Source: Acidobacteriota bacterium
GTDB lineage: Bacteria > Acidobacteriota > UBA6911
Direction: 5' to 3'
Length of the DNA: 64,000 nt
Assembly: GCA_963664705.1 (NCBI GenBank)
Contig: OY761556.1
Coordinates: forward strand, 1,536,001 to 1,600,000
Each line of letters begins with the position of its first letter. Position 1 is the stretch's first letter. Below, in pieces: positions 17,524 through 26,569 of this stretch. The notes beneath the pieces are model-generated. The model saw only the letters and a program-made list of their open reading frames with translations. It ran no database searches and was not told where the DNA came from. The position numbers were made by a program, and so were the translations under genes.

Positions 17524-20500
17524 TCATTTCTCCCCTAGAAACAGACGGATAATGAAACGAGTACCTTTCCCAAGTTCCGATTCGACGCTGATTTGCCCTC
17601 CATGGTTTTCAACGATGATGAAATAAGATACGGAAAGCCCCAACCCGGTGCCTTGTCCCACGGCTTTGGTAGTAAAAAAGGGCTCAAAAATGCGCTTGCG
17701 GATTTCTTCCGCCATGCCGGGTCCGTTATCTTCAATCTCGATACGCGCCATGCCGCCGTCGCGTACTGTACGCACAATAATGCGGGGCGGTGAAGGCATA
17801 ACGTTCTGGAGCAGCGCATCCTGCATGGCTTCAGCACTGTTGCGGAATAAATTGAGCAAAACCTGCTGAATCTTTTGCGGTTCGCATGGGACCGGCGGCA
17901 GATCTTCTGCATATTGCCGGATGATTTCTATTTTCCTAAAGTCATAGTTCTTTTTCAGGTTGTAATCCGTGCCCGCCAGTTCCAAAGTCTCGTTTATCAA
18001 TGAAGGCAAATCGGCACTGGTGCGGGTTGAATCTGCCTTCCTGCTGAAACTGAGCATATTTTGAACGATGCCGGCTGCGCGCAACCCAGAATCGCGGATT
18101 GTGTCGAGCATTTGGGGGATCCCTCGAGTTTCCGCGTAGGCATGCAGAGCATTGAGAGAAATTCCGCACCGGTCCGCTACCGTCCTGTTCGCTGGCAAGT
18201 CACCGAGCAGCCTGTCTCTCATAACGGAAGCAGTCTGCATCATGCCTCCAAGCGGGTTATTAATTTCATGAGCCATTCCTGCAGCCAACCCGCCTATTGA
18301 GAGCATCTTTTCACTCTGGACCATCATTTCTTCCATCCGTACTTTTTCAGTAATATCATCAAGCCGTATCACTGCCCCTTCTACTCCGTTCGCGATCAAG
18401 GGGAAAATGGTCATATCCTCATAATGCAGTTCTCCCGCTTCACTATAGGAACGGCGTGCTACGTGTCTTGAGTTGCGGTCCTTGATTGAGCGGAAAATTT
18501 CAGACATCTGATCCGAAATGCGAGGAAACACCTCTTCCAGCCTCCGGCCGATCGCTTCACTTGATAAAAGCTTTGTATCTGATTCGGTGCGGCGGTTCCA
18601 TTGGGTTACTTTTCCATTCTGGTCCACTCCGATCAGAACGGATGGCATGGATTGAATTATGTTGGTCAAATAATTGCGAAGCCTGCGCAGTTCTTCTTCT
18701 TCCCGCTTCCTATCGGAAATATCCTTACAGACGGTCAGTGAATAGGTTTCCTCATTGGTAACCCATTTGCGGCTGGAGAGAAGAACAACCGCTACGGATC
18801 CATCTTTTCTGCGAGCGTGCATCTCGCACTGGTTCCCGGTCGAAAGCTCATGCAGCGATTTTGCCCACTGTTCCCATGCAGAAAGGTCCACCCATAAACC
18901 GATATCAAGAGTTGTTTTTCCGGAGATATCTTCAGAGGTGTAGCCGAAAACCTTTGAAAAGGCGTTGTTGGTTTCAATAATCATGCCGTCTGAATCGCGG
19001 GTAACCAAGGATGCATCGGGCAATGTATGAAAATAGCTGAGATATTTGTTCTCTAATTCACGCTTGGCTTCTTCTGCTTTTCTCAACTCGGTTATGTCTA
19101 CCGTGGTACTCAATATGCAGGTTTTGCCTTTAATTTGAACCAGTTTTGCCGAATAAAGCGTGTGCCGTTTTTTCCCGTCTACATTGCGTGTCGTCAAGAG
19201 TTCTTCATTTTGCAGTACCCCGTCTCTCAACAGTTTCTCGTATGCAAGCGCGCTGTGCTCTGGGTTTTCCAGAGTAAACAGTTCGTATTGATTGGAATTT
19301 ACCACCTTATCTTTGGGGACGCCCGCCGCTTCACAAAAAGCTGGATTGGCATCGATGGTATTGCCGTCCAGATCCGAAATTCTTATGCTGAACGGAGCGA
19401 TTTCAAAAATTGTCCTGAATTTTTCTTCGCTTTCCCGTAATGCTTTTTCTGCCGTAATCCGCTCGGTGACATCTTCTTGAACTAGAATGACAGAGAATAC
19501 ATTCCCCTTGGCATCGCGTATTGGATAGAGCTCTCCCTGGAGAATTTTCCTCCTGCCAACGCCCAAAGTTTTTTGAAGATCAAGTTCAAATGGTGGAACA
19601 GTAAGCTGCTCTCCAGAAAATGCTCTTCGAAGAAGAGGCTGCAACCCCACCGCCTCCGTTTGCGGGTCTCGGAATATGTTGTATTTAACGACAGTTTCCT
19701 GCGTATCACCACTCAGCCTCAGGTGCGTTTCATTGGCGTGGATCACGTCTCCAGACGGGGAAAAAACTATAATTGCGAATGGAGACTGATCTACAATGGA
19801 ACGGAAACGGTTCTCGCTCTCGCTCAGTAGCTCTTCGGCTCGTTTGCGTTCACTGATATCACTGGTGCAGACGATCATCCCTGTGTAGTTTCCCTTTTCA
19901 TCAAACAAAAAGCGTCCCGATGAGCGAATCCAGATATAGTGCCCATCCTGATGCTGTAATCGATACTCCACTTCCTGGTCTTTTCCTGTGCGGATTCCGT
20001 CCTGCATTCTGGACATTACGCGAATCCGATCATCGGGATGAACATTGTCGAGGACAGACACGCCCATCAGGCTGTTCGGATCTCTCCCAAATAGCTTCTT
20101 CTGAGCAGGGCCGGCATAGATGTAGCGTCCCTGGGAATCGAGTTCGCTCACAATATCAGACATGTTATCCGTCAAGCGTCGATACATCTCCTCACTTTTC
20201 CGAAGTTTCTCCTCCGCTTCTTTTTGTTGCGTGATGTCGATGCCAACGACAACCTGTTCACCGAAAGGATTTCCGGGTTGCAATAGGGCGGATGTGACCA
20301 GCCCTAAAAACTTTGAGCCGTCCTTTCGACGCATTCGGGTCTCCAAAGATGCAACATTCTTTGTTTTTAATTCTGTCTGAAAATACGTTTTTACCCGAGA
20401 AGCCTCCTCCGGATCGGCATTCAGAGATTCTGTGTGGAGTCCTAAGATCTCATTCTGGTTGTATCCGAACATCTCCCTGCCTGCCTGATTGGTATCAAGA

Positions 20501-20913
20501 ACTTTGCCCTCAGAGGATAGTAAGGTTATTGCCACAGGTGCCGTGCGCAGAACAGTGGCGAGTTTTGCCTCACTTTCGTGAGCCCGCATCGTCATGGTTT
20601 CAAGATTCTGGGCCATTTGGTTCAGGGAATCGGCCAAACCTTTCCATTCATCACGCGATTTGACCAACGCCCGCGCACCAAAGTCGCCTTGAGCAATTTT
20701 TCGCTGAACAGCTGCAATGTGATAAAGGGGCCGTATTGTGAACCGGTTAAATAGGACCATTGCACATACTGTAAGTATGGCTATTCCACCTAGCAGAGCG
20801 AGCATGATCGCGTAATCATTGTGCGTTGAGGTAAAGAAAAAGATGATAAAAACCGCGCTGCCCAGGACTAGAGGTAGTAAGGACAAAAGGAGGAGTTTGT
20901 GCATCAGTTGCAT
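17524..20913 (-). CDS. Membrane sensor histidine kinase with HAMP and multiple PAS domains
   Basis: Two TM helices, HAMP, about six PAS/PAC repeats, H-box AHEINNPL, and DNGPGM/FFTTK/GTGLGL boxes. Confidence 0.95.
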   Translation of the reverse strand: MQLMHKLLLLSLLPLVLGSAVFIIFFFTSTHNDYAIMLALLGGIAILTVCAMVLFNRFTIRPLYHIAAVQRKIAQGDFGARALVKSRDEWKGLADSLNQMAQNLETMTMRAHESEAKLATVLRTAPVAITLLSSEGKVLDTNQAGREMFGYNQNEILGLHTESLNADPEEASRVKTYFQTELKTKNVASLETRMRRKDGSKFLGLVTSALLQPGNPFGEQVVVGIDITQQKEAEEKLRKSEEMYRRLTDNMSDIVSELDSQGRYIYAGPAQKKLFGRDPNSLMGVSVLDNVHPDDRIRVMSRMQDGIRTGKDQEVEYRLQHQDGHYIWIRSSGRFLFDEKGNYTGMIVCTSDISERKRAEELLSESENRFRSIVDQSPFAIIVFSPSGDVIHANETHLRLSGDTQETVVKYNIFRDPQTEAVGLQPLLRRAFSGEQLTVPPFELDLQKTLGVGRRKILQGELYPIRDAKGNVFSVILVQEDVTERITAEKALRESEEKFRTIFEIAPFSIRISDLDGNTIDANPAFCEAAGVPKDKVVNSNQYELFTLENPEHSALAYEKLLRDGVLQNEELLTTRNVDGKKRHTLYSAKLVQIKGKTCILSTTVDITELRKAEEAKRELENKYLSYFHTLPDASLVTRDSDGMIIETNNAFSKVFGYTSEDISGKTTLDIGLWVDLSAWEQWAKSLHELSTGNQCEMHARRKDGSVAVVLLSSRKWVTNEETYSLTVCKDISDRKREEEELRRLRNYLTNIIQSMPSVLIGVDQNGKVTQWNRRTESDTKLLSSEAIGRRLEEVFPRISDQMSEIFRSIKDRNSRHVARRSYSEAGELHYEDMTIFPLIANGVEGAVIRLDDITEKVRMEEMMVQSEKMLSIGGLAAGMAHEINNPLGGMMQTASVMRDRLLGDLPANRTVADRCGISLNALHAYAETRGIPQMLDTIRDSGLRAAGIVQNMLSFSRKADSTRTSADLPSLINETLELAGTDYNLKKNYDFRKIEIIRQYAEDLPPVPCEPQKIQQVLLNLFRNSAEAMQDALLQNVMPSPPRIIVRTVRDGGMARIEIEDNGPGMAEEIRKRIFEPFFTTKAVGQGTGLGLSVSYFIIVENHGGQISVESELGKGTRFIIRLFLGEK

Positions 20914-21417
20914 ACTTGCCTCTCCAGCGTAAGAACAATACTCAAAATACACTACGAGCGCTGTGGGATTATATTTTGCCGATTTTTGTTATTTTCTAAT
21001 TCTGCCAGTATTCAAAATGTAGAGATATTGTCAAGCAGGGAATCAGACATCGCTTAATTCCTGGCGCGTGAATTTGCCTGCCAAAACTGCCGCAAAACCT
21101 CCAAGGTTGTCAGGATCCTGGATGCTTTGCGAGGTGGAATGGATTTTGCAGGGTGTTCTAAAAATCACTCAAGGCTGCGTGGTTTTCATTTCTAAAACGG
21201 GTTTTGCTTCTTTCCGTTTTCGAGGAAATGCTTTCCAAACCGCTGGTTCAAGTCTCCTCTCATGTGAAGAAAGAACAGCGCTGTTTAACGAGTGGGGTGG
21301 TAAAAATCGAATGCTATTTGCGCCTATGCGACCTGTCCGTTCCATCCGAGGTTATTATTAGCGCCAGGTGAAGCATCCGCGATATACTGCAAGGTAATAT
21401 TTATTTGGAGGTATCGC

Positions 21418-23955
21418 ATGCCTGAAACTGCAAGCGTAATAACTGCCGGAGCTCCACCGCTCTCAATCGAACCCTATGATCGCGAATGGGGTGTTGGCGT
21501 CTCAGGCCTTGACGAAAATCCATCCCCATTTCCGCGCATCAATAGGATGCTAAAATGGCTAAAAGACCTCCACAGCACCGCCGATTCACAGCGCGCCGTT
21601 ATTGTCACCGAGTGCTTTGAGAAGTACGCGGCGTATCCGCAGAATATCAAATGGGCGCTGACGATGCGGGAAATTTGCGAGCGCGTCGATATCCATATCT
21701 GGCCGGAAGAGCTTATTGCCGGTGAGCTTGCGGCAGCACCCAATGGCGCACCTATCTATCCGGAGTTCTCCATCGACTGGCTTGTGGATGAATTTGAGAA
21801 CCGCCCCATGGAAGACAGGAGAAATGATCGATACGTGATCGCCGAAAAAGTTAAGAAAGATATTTTCAATATCCAGCCGTATTGGAAAAACAAGACTGTC
21901 TCAGAAGCGATCATTCAATCCTATACCGAAGATGAAGCAAAAGGATCCCATCTTGGGAAAGCTGTTTTGTTGGAAAGCCTGTTTATTTATGCCGGTGTCG
22001 GGCATGTCTGCATCAACTACGAAAAGCTTTTTAAAACCGGTTTTGGCGGCATCCGCAGAGAAATCGAAAAAAGGCTTGCTGTTCTAGACACCTCTCTCCC
22101 AGAAAATATCAAGAAGCAGGAGTTCTATAAAGCTGAGCTCATTGTTCTGGAGGGCGTCCAGACATTCATTTCGCGTTATGGCAAACTCGCTTCAAAGATG
22201 GCGCTCACGGAAGCCGATTCAGTACGGAAAGAGGAGTTGGAGCGAGTTGCGTCCAACTGCCTGCACGTGGCGACGGAGCCTCCACGCGATTTTTGGGAAG
22301 CTATCCAGCTTTGGCATATTGCCACGAATATGATTATTATTGAATCAAACGGTCATTCTGTTACCTATGGACGCTTTGACCGGCTGTTTTACCCATTTTA
22401 CAAGCTGGACGTGGAGAAACGCCATCTAACTCGCGAATTCATGCAGGAGCTTATCGAGCATGCGTTTTTGAAAATGCATCAGCTGCGAAAGATCCGCGAT
22501 ACCCCTGCCATTACGTTCGCAAGCGGTACGATGATGGGCGGCACGGCGCTTGACGTCGGCGGCGTTGACGAAGACGGGAACGATAGCACCAACGATTTGA
22601 GCTATATGGTGCTTGACGCACACGCGCACACAAGAATTCCCAACCCCTGGATGGGCGTTCGGCTTCACAAAGATTCGCCTCGGGAATTTAAAATCAAGAC
22701 GTTCAATGTCATACGCATTGGAACTGGTGAGCCGAAGATATTCAACGATGAACCGATGATCAAGTCCCTCATGAACTACGGCAAGCCGATTGAGGAGGCA
22801 CGAAACTATGTCGGTGTTGGCTGCGTGGAACCCTGCGTGCCCGGCAAGACTTACGGCATGCACGATTCCGGCTCGGTAAATCTCTCGAAGATTTTGACAC
22901 TGGCGATTCATGGTGGCCAATGCATCGACTGCGCGTCGACATGCCCTCGATATAAAGTCTGCGCCGGCATCGGAAAGACCCTATCTCTCAATACCGGAAG
23001 CCTTGAATCCTTTCAGAGCTTCGATGAGGTGCTTGTTTCCTTTAAGAAGCAGATGAAATACTGGTGCGATATCCTCATCTCCTGCCTCAATAAAATGGAT
23101 TATGCACAGCAGCGCCTCAAGCCGCTGCCCTACCTCTCGCTCTTGATGGATGACTGCATTGAGTCGGGCAAAGACATTACAGTGGGCGGAGCGCATTACA
23201 ACCACTCGGGTCCTCAAGGCGTAGGTATCGGCACGACGGCCGATAGTCTCTCGGTCATAAAACAGCTCGTATTTGACGAAAAGCGTGTAACAGGCGCCGA
23301 TCTGCTCAAGGCTCTGCGCGCAAACTGGGAAGGGTATGAGCCTTTATATGCCCTCGTCAACAGTGACCGTATGCACCATTACGGCAACAATGATGACTAC
23401 GCAGACGACATAGCGAAATTTGTTATGGCAACCTATTGCGAGAACATCGAGCACCGACCGACACCGCATGGAGGCCAGTACATGCCCGGTGTATTCTCAG
23501 TGACAAATAATGTCATGCATGGGACGGTTGTCGGTGCAACGCCTGACGGCCGCAAGGCCGGCGAGCCTGTATCCGATTGCATCGGTCCTGTCCATACACA
23601 GTATAGTTCGCATGACAGGCGCGGTCCGACCGCTATCGCCAAATCTGTTGCAAAGCTCGACCATGCCCGCATTGGAAACGGAATTATTCTTAACTGGAAA
23701 TTTTCGCCTACCGCTGTTTCCGGCGAGACTGGCCGGGATAACCTCATTGGCCTCATGGATGCCTATTTTGAAGACCAGGGCATGCAGAGCCAGTTTTCCA
23801 TAATCGGCAGAGATATGATGCTTGCAGCGCAGAAGAACCCTGAGAAATACAACAATCTCGTCGTCCGCATCGCGGGTTATAGCGCGTACTTTGTCGAGCT
23901 GAGTCCGGAACTGCAAAATGACCTAATTGGGCGCACCGAGCTTTCTTTCGATTAA
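21418..23955 (+). CDS. Glycyl radical enzyme (PFL2/eliminase-like, substrate unknown)
   Basis: Gly loop VRIAGYSAYF, Cys loop VGCVEP, GRFDR and ATPDGR motifs. Confidence 0.95.
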   Translation: MPETASVITAGAPPLSIEPYDREWGVGVSGLDENPSPFPRINRMLKWLKDLHSTADSQRAVIVTECFEKYAAYPQNIKWALTMREICERVDIHIWPEELIAGELAAAPNGAPIYPEFSIDWLVDEFENRPMEDRRNDRYVIAEKVKKDIFNIQPYWKNKTVSEAIIQSYTEDEAKGSHLGKAVLLESLFIYAGVGHVCINYEKLFKTGFGGIRREIEKRLAVLDTSLPENIKKQEFYKAELIVLEGVQTFISRYGKLASKMALTEADSVRKEELERVASNCLHVATEPPRDFWEAIQLWHIATNMIIIESNGHSVTYGRFDRLFYPFYKLDVEKRHLTREFMQELIEHAFLKMHQLRKIRDTPAITFASGTMMGGTALDVGGVDEDGNDSTNDLSYMVLDAHAHTRIPNPWMGVRLHKDSPREFKIKTFNVIRIGTGEPKIFNDEPMIKSLMNYGKPIEEARNYVGVGCVEPCVPGKTYGMHDSGSVNLSKILTLAIHGGQCIDCASTCPRYKVCAGIGKTLSLNTGSLESFQSFDEVLVSFKKQMKYWCDILISCLNKMDYAQQRLKPLPYLSLLMDDCIESGKDITVGGAHYNHSGPQGVGIGTTADSLSVIKQLVFDEKRVTGADLLKALRANWEGYEPLYALVNSDRMHHYGNNDDYADDIAKFVMATYCENIEHRPTPHGGQYMPGVFSVTNNVMHGTVVGATPDGRKAGEPVSDCIGPVHTQYSSHDRRGPTAIAKSVAKLDHARIGNGIILNWKFSPTAVSGETGRDNLIGLMDAYFEDQGMQSQFSIIGRDMMLAAQKNPEKYNNLVVRIAGYSAYFVELSPELQNDLIGRTELSFD

Positions 23956-23975
23956 CGCAGCCAATTGGAGGAAAC

Positions 23976-24959
23976 GTGCTGTTTCGAAATTCTGCCGGTG
24001 AGCCGTGTGCGCTGGTGAACAATATTCAGAAATATACGATCCACGACGGACCGGGCATCAGAACTGAGATTTTTTTCACAGGCTGTGCGATGCATTGCCT
24101 GTGGTGTTCGAATCCTGAGACGATTGCGTTTAGGTCTATAATTGGGTGTTATCCAAACAAGTGCCTGTCGCTTGATAAGTGCTCCTGGTGTGTAAAATCA
24201 TGCCCCCTGCAGGGAGCACCCCTTGAATTCGAAAACGGCATTCTTAAATCCATCCGGATGTCTTCTGTCTGTGATACCTGCTTCCAATGCGCCCACGCCT
24301 GCCCGTCTCAAGCGCTTAAGCGGTGGAGCGAGCTCATGACGGTCGAAGCCATGATCAAGGTGATAAAAGAGGATCTCAGCTTTTATCGAAAGACCGGCGG
24401 CGGTATGACGCTTAGCGGCGGTGAAGTGATGATGCAGTGGGAAGTCGCTGCCATGCTTTTAGAATCGTGTAAGATGTTGGATATTAATACCTGCGTTGAG
24501 ACCGCATTGCATTGTCCCCGCGAGCACATGGAAGCCGTGTTTAAGTATGCCGACCTTGTCATTGCGGATATCAAGCATATGAATACACAAATTCATAAAT
24601 CCTTAACCGGTGTCGGCAATGAGTTGATCCTGGACAACCTTAAAAGGACGGTTGAACTGGGCAAGAAGCTTGTAATCCGCACACCTGTGGTGCCGGGATA
24701 CAATGGCGACGAGGCCAATATGCGGGCGAGCGGCGCTTTTATTCGGGATGAATTGCAAAATGAAATTGTTCAATATCAATTGCTTCCGTTCCGGAAACTG
24801 GGCACCGAAAAATACAATTCGCTAGGTATTCCTTATCCCCTGGGAGATTACCGGCCTCCAGAACGGAGCGCCTGGGAGCATGATCTGCTGCAGTATGCCG
24901 ATATGCTAGTCAATGAATATGGCGTGCCTGCAGTCCCCGGTTCCAGCAAGCCATATTAG
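23976..24959 (+). CDS. Glycyl-radical enzyme activating protein (radical SAM with ferredoxin insert)
   Basis: HDGPGIRT, GCAMHCLWCSNPE (CX3CX2C), extra Cys motifs, SGGE. Confidence 0.95.
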   Translation: MLFRNSAGEPCALVNNIQKYTIHDGPGIRTEIFFTGCAMHCLWCSNPETIAFRSIIGCYPNKCLSLDKCSWCVKSCPLQGAPLEFENGILKSIRMSSVCDTCFQCAHACPSQALKRWSELMTVEAMIKVIKEDLSFYRKTGGGMTLSGGEVMMQWEVAAMLLESCKMLDINTCVETALHCPREHMEAVFKYADLVIADIKHMNTQIHKSLTGVGNELILDNLKRTVELGKKLVIRTPVVPGYNGDEANMRASGAFIRDELQNEIVQYQLLPFRKLGTEKYNSLGIPYPLGDYRPPERSAWEHDLLQYADMLVNEYGVPAVPGSSKPY

Positions 24960-25304
24960 ATCCGAAGCGCTTTCCCCCTCGCGTCCCATAGGAGTTCAGT
25001 TAAGCGCCAATGCCGCGTTTCTATCAACCCTGAGCATCTTTCCCTGCAAAGCGCTACCCGTTGATTCTCCAAGCAGGGATGGGGCCTAATCAAATCCATA
25101 AATTGGATGTCCGCCATGATAGCGAACATACCTGAGCGAAAGCCGGGATCTTGTTGTGAGCGCTAGCGCAAATTCCTATGGAAAATCGTCCACACTGAGA
25201 ACTATATTGATTCCAGACCGAAGAAAAACGACAGCAACACGATATAGTCGCCTGGCAGACAAATGCCATCCGAATCATGAGACTTGGCCGGGATAGGAGG
25301 TCCT

Positions 25305-26447
25305 ATGAAGTCGAAGTCGTCACGGAGGGAATTCCTGCGCGCAGGATTAGCCATGCCCGCCGCCGGGCTTATCTCCTCAAGCACACAAGATGCGTTTTCT
25401 CAAGTGCCTGCCGAGATTACGTATAGAACCCTGGGCAACACAGGGCTGAAGGTCTCCGCAATCGGGTACGGTTTGGGATACGATCCGACTCCCGAAATCG
25501 TCACGCGCTGCATCGATTTGGGAATCAACTACTTTGATACTGCGCCAAACTACGGGAATGGCGAGAGTGAGCGGATCCTCGGAGCTTGCATCAAGGGAAA
25601 GAGAGACAAGGTCGTGGTCTCCACCAAAGCCAACACGAAAACCAAGGCGGATATCTTGAAGGAAATGGATGTCAGTCTGCAGAATCTCGGGACAGATCAT
25701 GTGGATGTGTATCTCCTGCATGCCCGAGATACGGTGGAAAGAGTACTCGATGAAGCGCTTGAAGCTCTGGCGATAGTGAAAAAGCAGGGGAAAGCCCGGG
25801 CTGTCGGGATCAGTTGTCACGACCCCAATAACATGGCGGACCACGTCATAAAATGGAAGTTGGACCTGATGCAGACCACCTACAGCTATGCGATTGGCGC
25901 GCCATTCAGGGATGCGGCGATTAAGAAGGTTCACGATGCGGGCGTCGGCGTAATAGCGATGAAGGTAATTATCGGCTTGACCACGGCTCCAAGGGATTTG
26001 GCCCAGAAACCGCGGCTGAAAGCCGAGGAGACCCCTATTGCAGCGCTCAGATGGGTCCTGCGGAATCCGGCAATCGACACAACGGTTCCGCACCACGGGA
26101 GCATCAAAGAACTCGAGATGAATGTCCGGGCGATGACGGGATCGTACTCTCCGGCTGACGAGAAGCTTTTGTATGTGCGCAATGAACAGAACCGCCCGCT
26201 CTACTGCCGCATGTGTTACCAATGCAAGGGGCAGTGCCCGCAGGGAGTGCCGGTTACGGACGAGTTGCGCTTCCTGGCTTACAACGACTTCGGTCGCAGC
26301 CTTTATCAGGCGCACCTGAGTTTTATGGAACTGCCCAAAAATGTCCGTGATGTGCGTTGCAGCGACTGCTCCTCCTGCGTCATTCAGTGCCCGAATGGGG
26401 TTATGGTAAGGGATCGGCTGATTCGTACTCAGGAGTTGCTGGCATAG
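25305..26447 (+). CDS. Tat-exported aldo/keto reductase with C-terminal 4Fe-4S dicluster
   Basis: SRREFL Tat motif; GINYFDTAPNYG..SE; CRMCYQC..CP and CSDCSSC..CP. Confidence 0.9.
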   Translation: MKSKSSRREFLRAGLAMPAAGLISSSTQDAFSQVPAEITYRTLGNTGLKVSAIGYGLGYDPTPEIVTRCIDLGINYFDTAPNYGNGESERILGACIKGKRDKVVVSTKANTKTKADILKEMDVSLQNLGTDHVDVYLLHARDTVERVLDEALEALAIVKKQGKARAVGISCHDPNNMADHVIKWKLDLMQTTYSYAIGAPFRDAAIKKVHDAGVGVIAMKVIIGLTTAPRDLAQKPRLKAEETPIAALRWVLRNPAIDTTVPHHGSIKELEMNVRAMTGSYSPADEKLLYVRNEQNRPLYCRMCYQCKGQCPQGVPVTDELRFLAYNDFGRSLYQAHLSFMELPKNVRDVRCSDCSSCVIQCPNGVMVRDRLIRTQELLA

Positions 26448-26569
26448 TGCCTCAATTTGCACTTCGAAAAACGCCACGAATTTCGCGAATTCCACTAATC
26501 TCTGCATTGTGGGATTCGTGAAATTAGTGGCGGCAGGTCGGGCTGCACAATGGGGAAAGGGAATGTGCG

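Noticed and set aside
21061-21078. Sigma-54 promoter CTGGCGCGTGAATTTGC upstream of the GRE
   Set aside because: GG-to-GC spacing is 11 nt rather than the required 10.
21418-23955. Assignment as pflB, cutC or phdB
   Set aside because: No Cys-Cys pair as in PFL, and substrate-determining residues cannot be verified without alignment.
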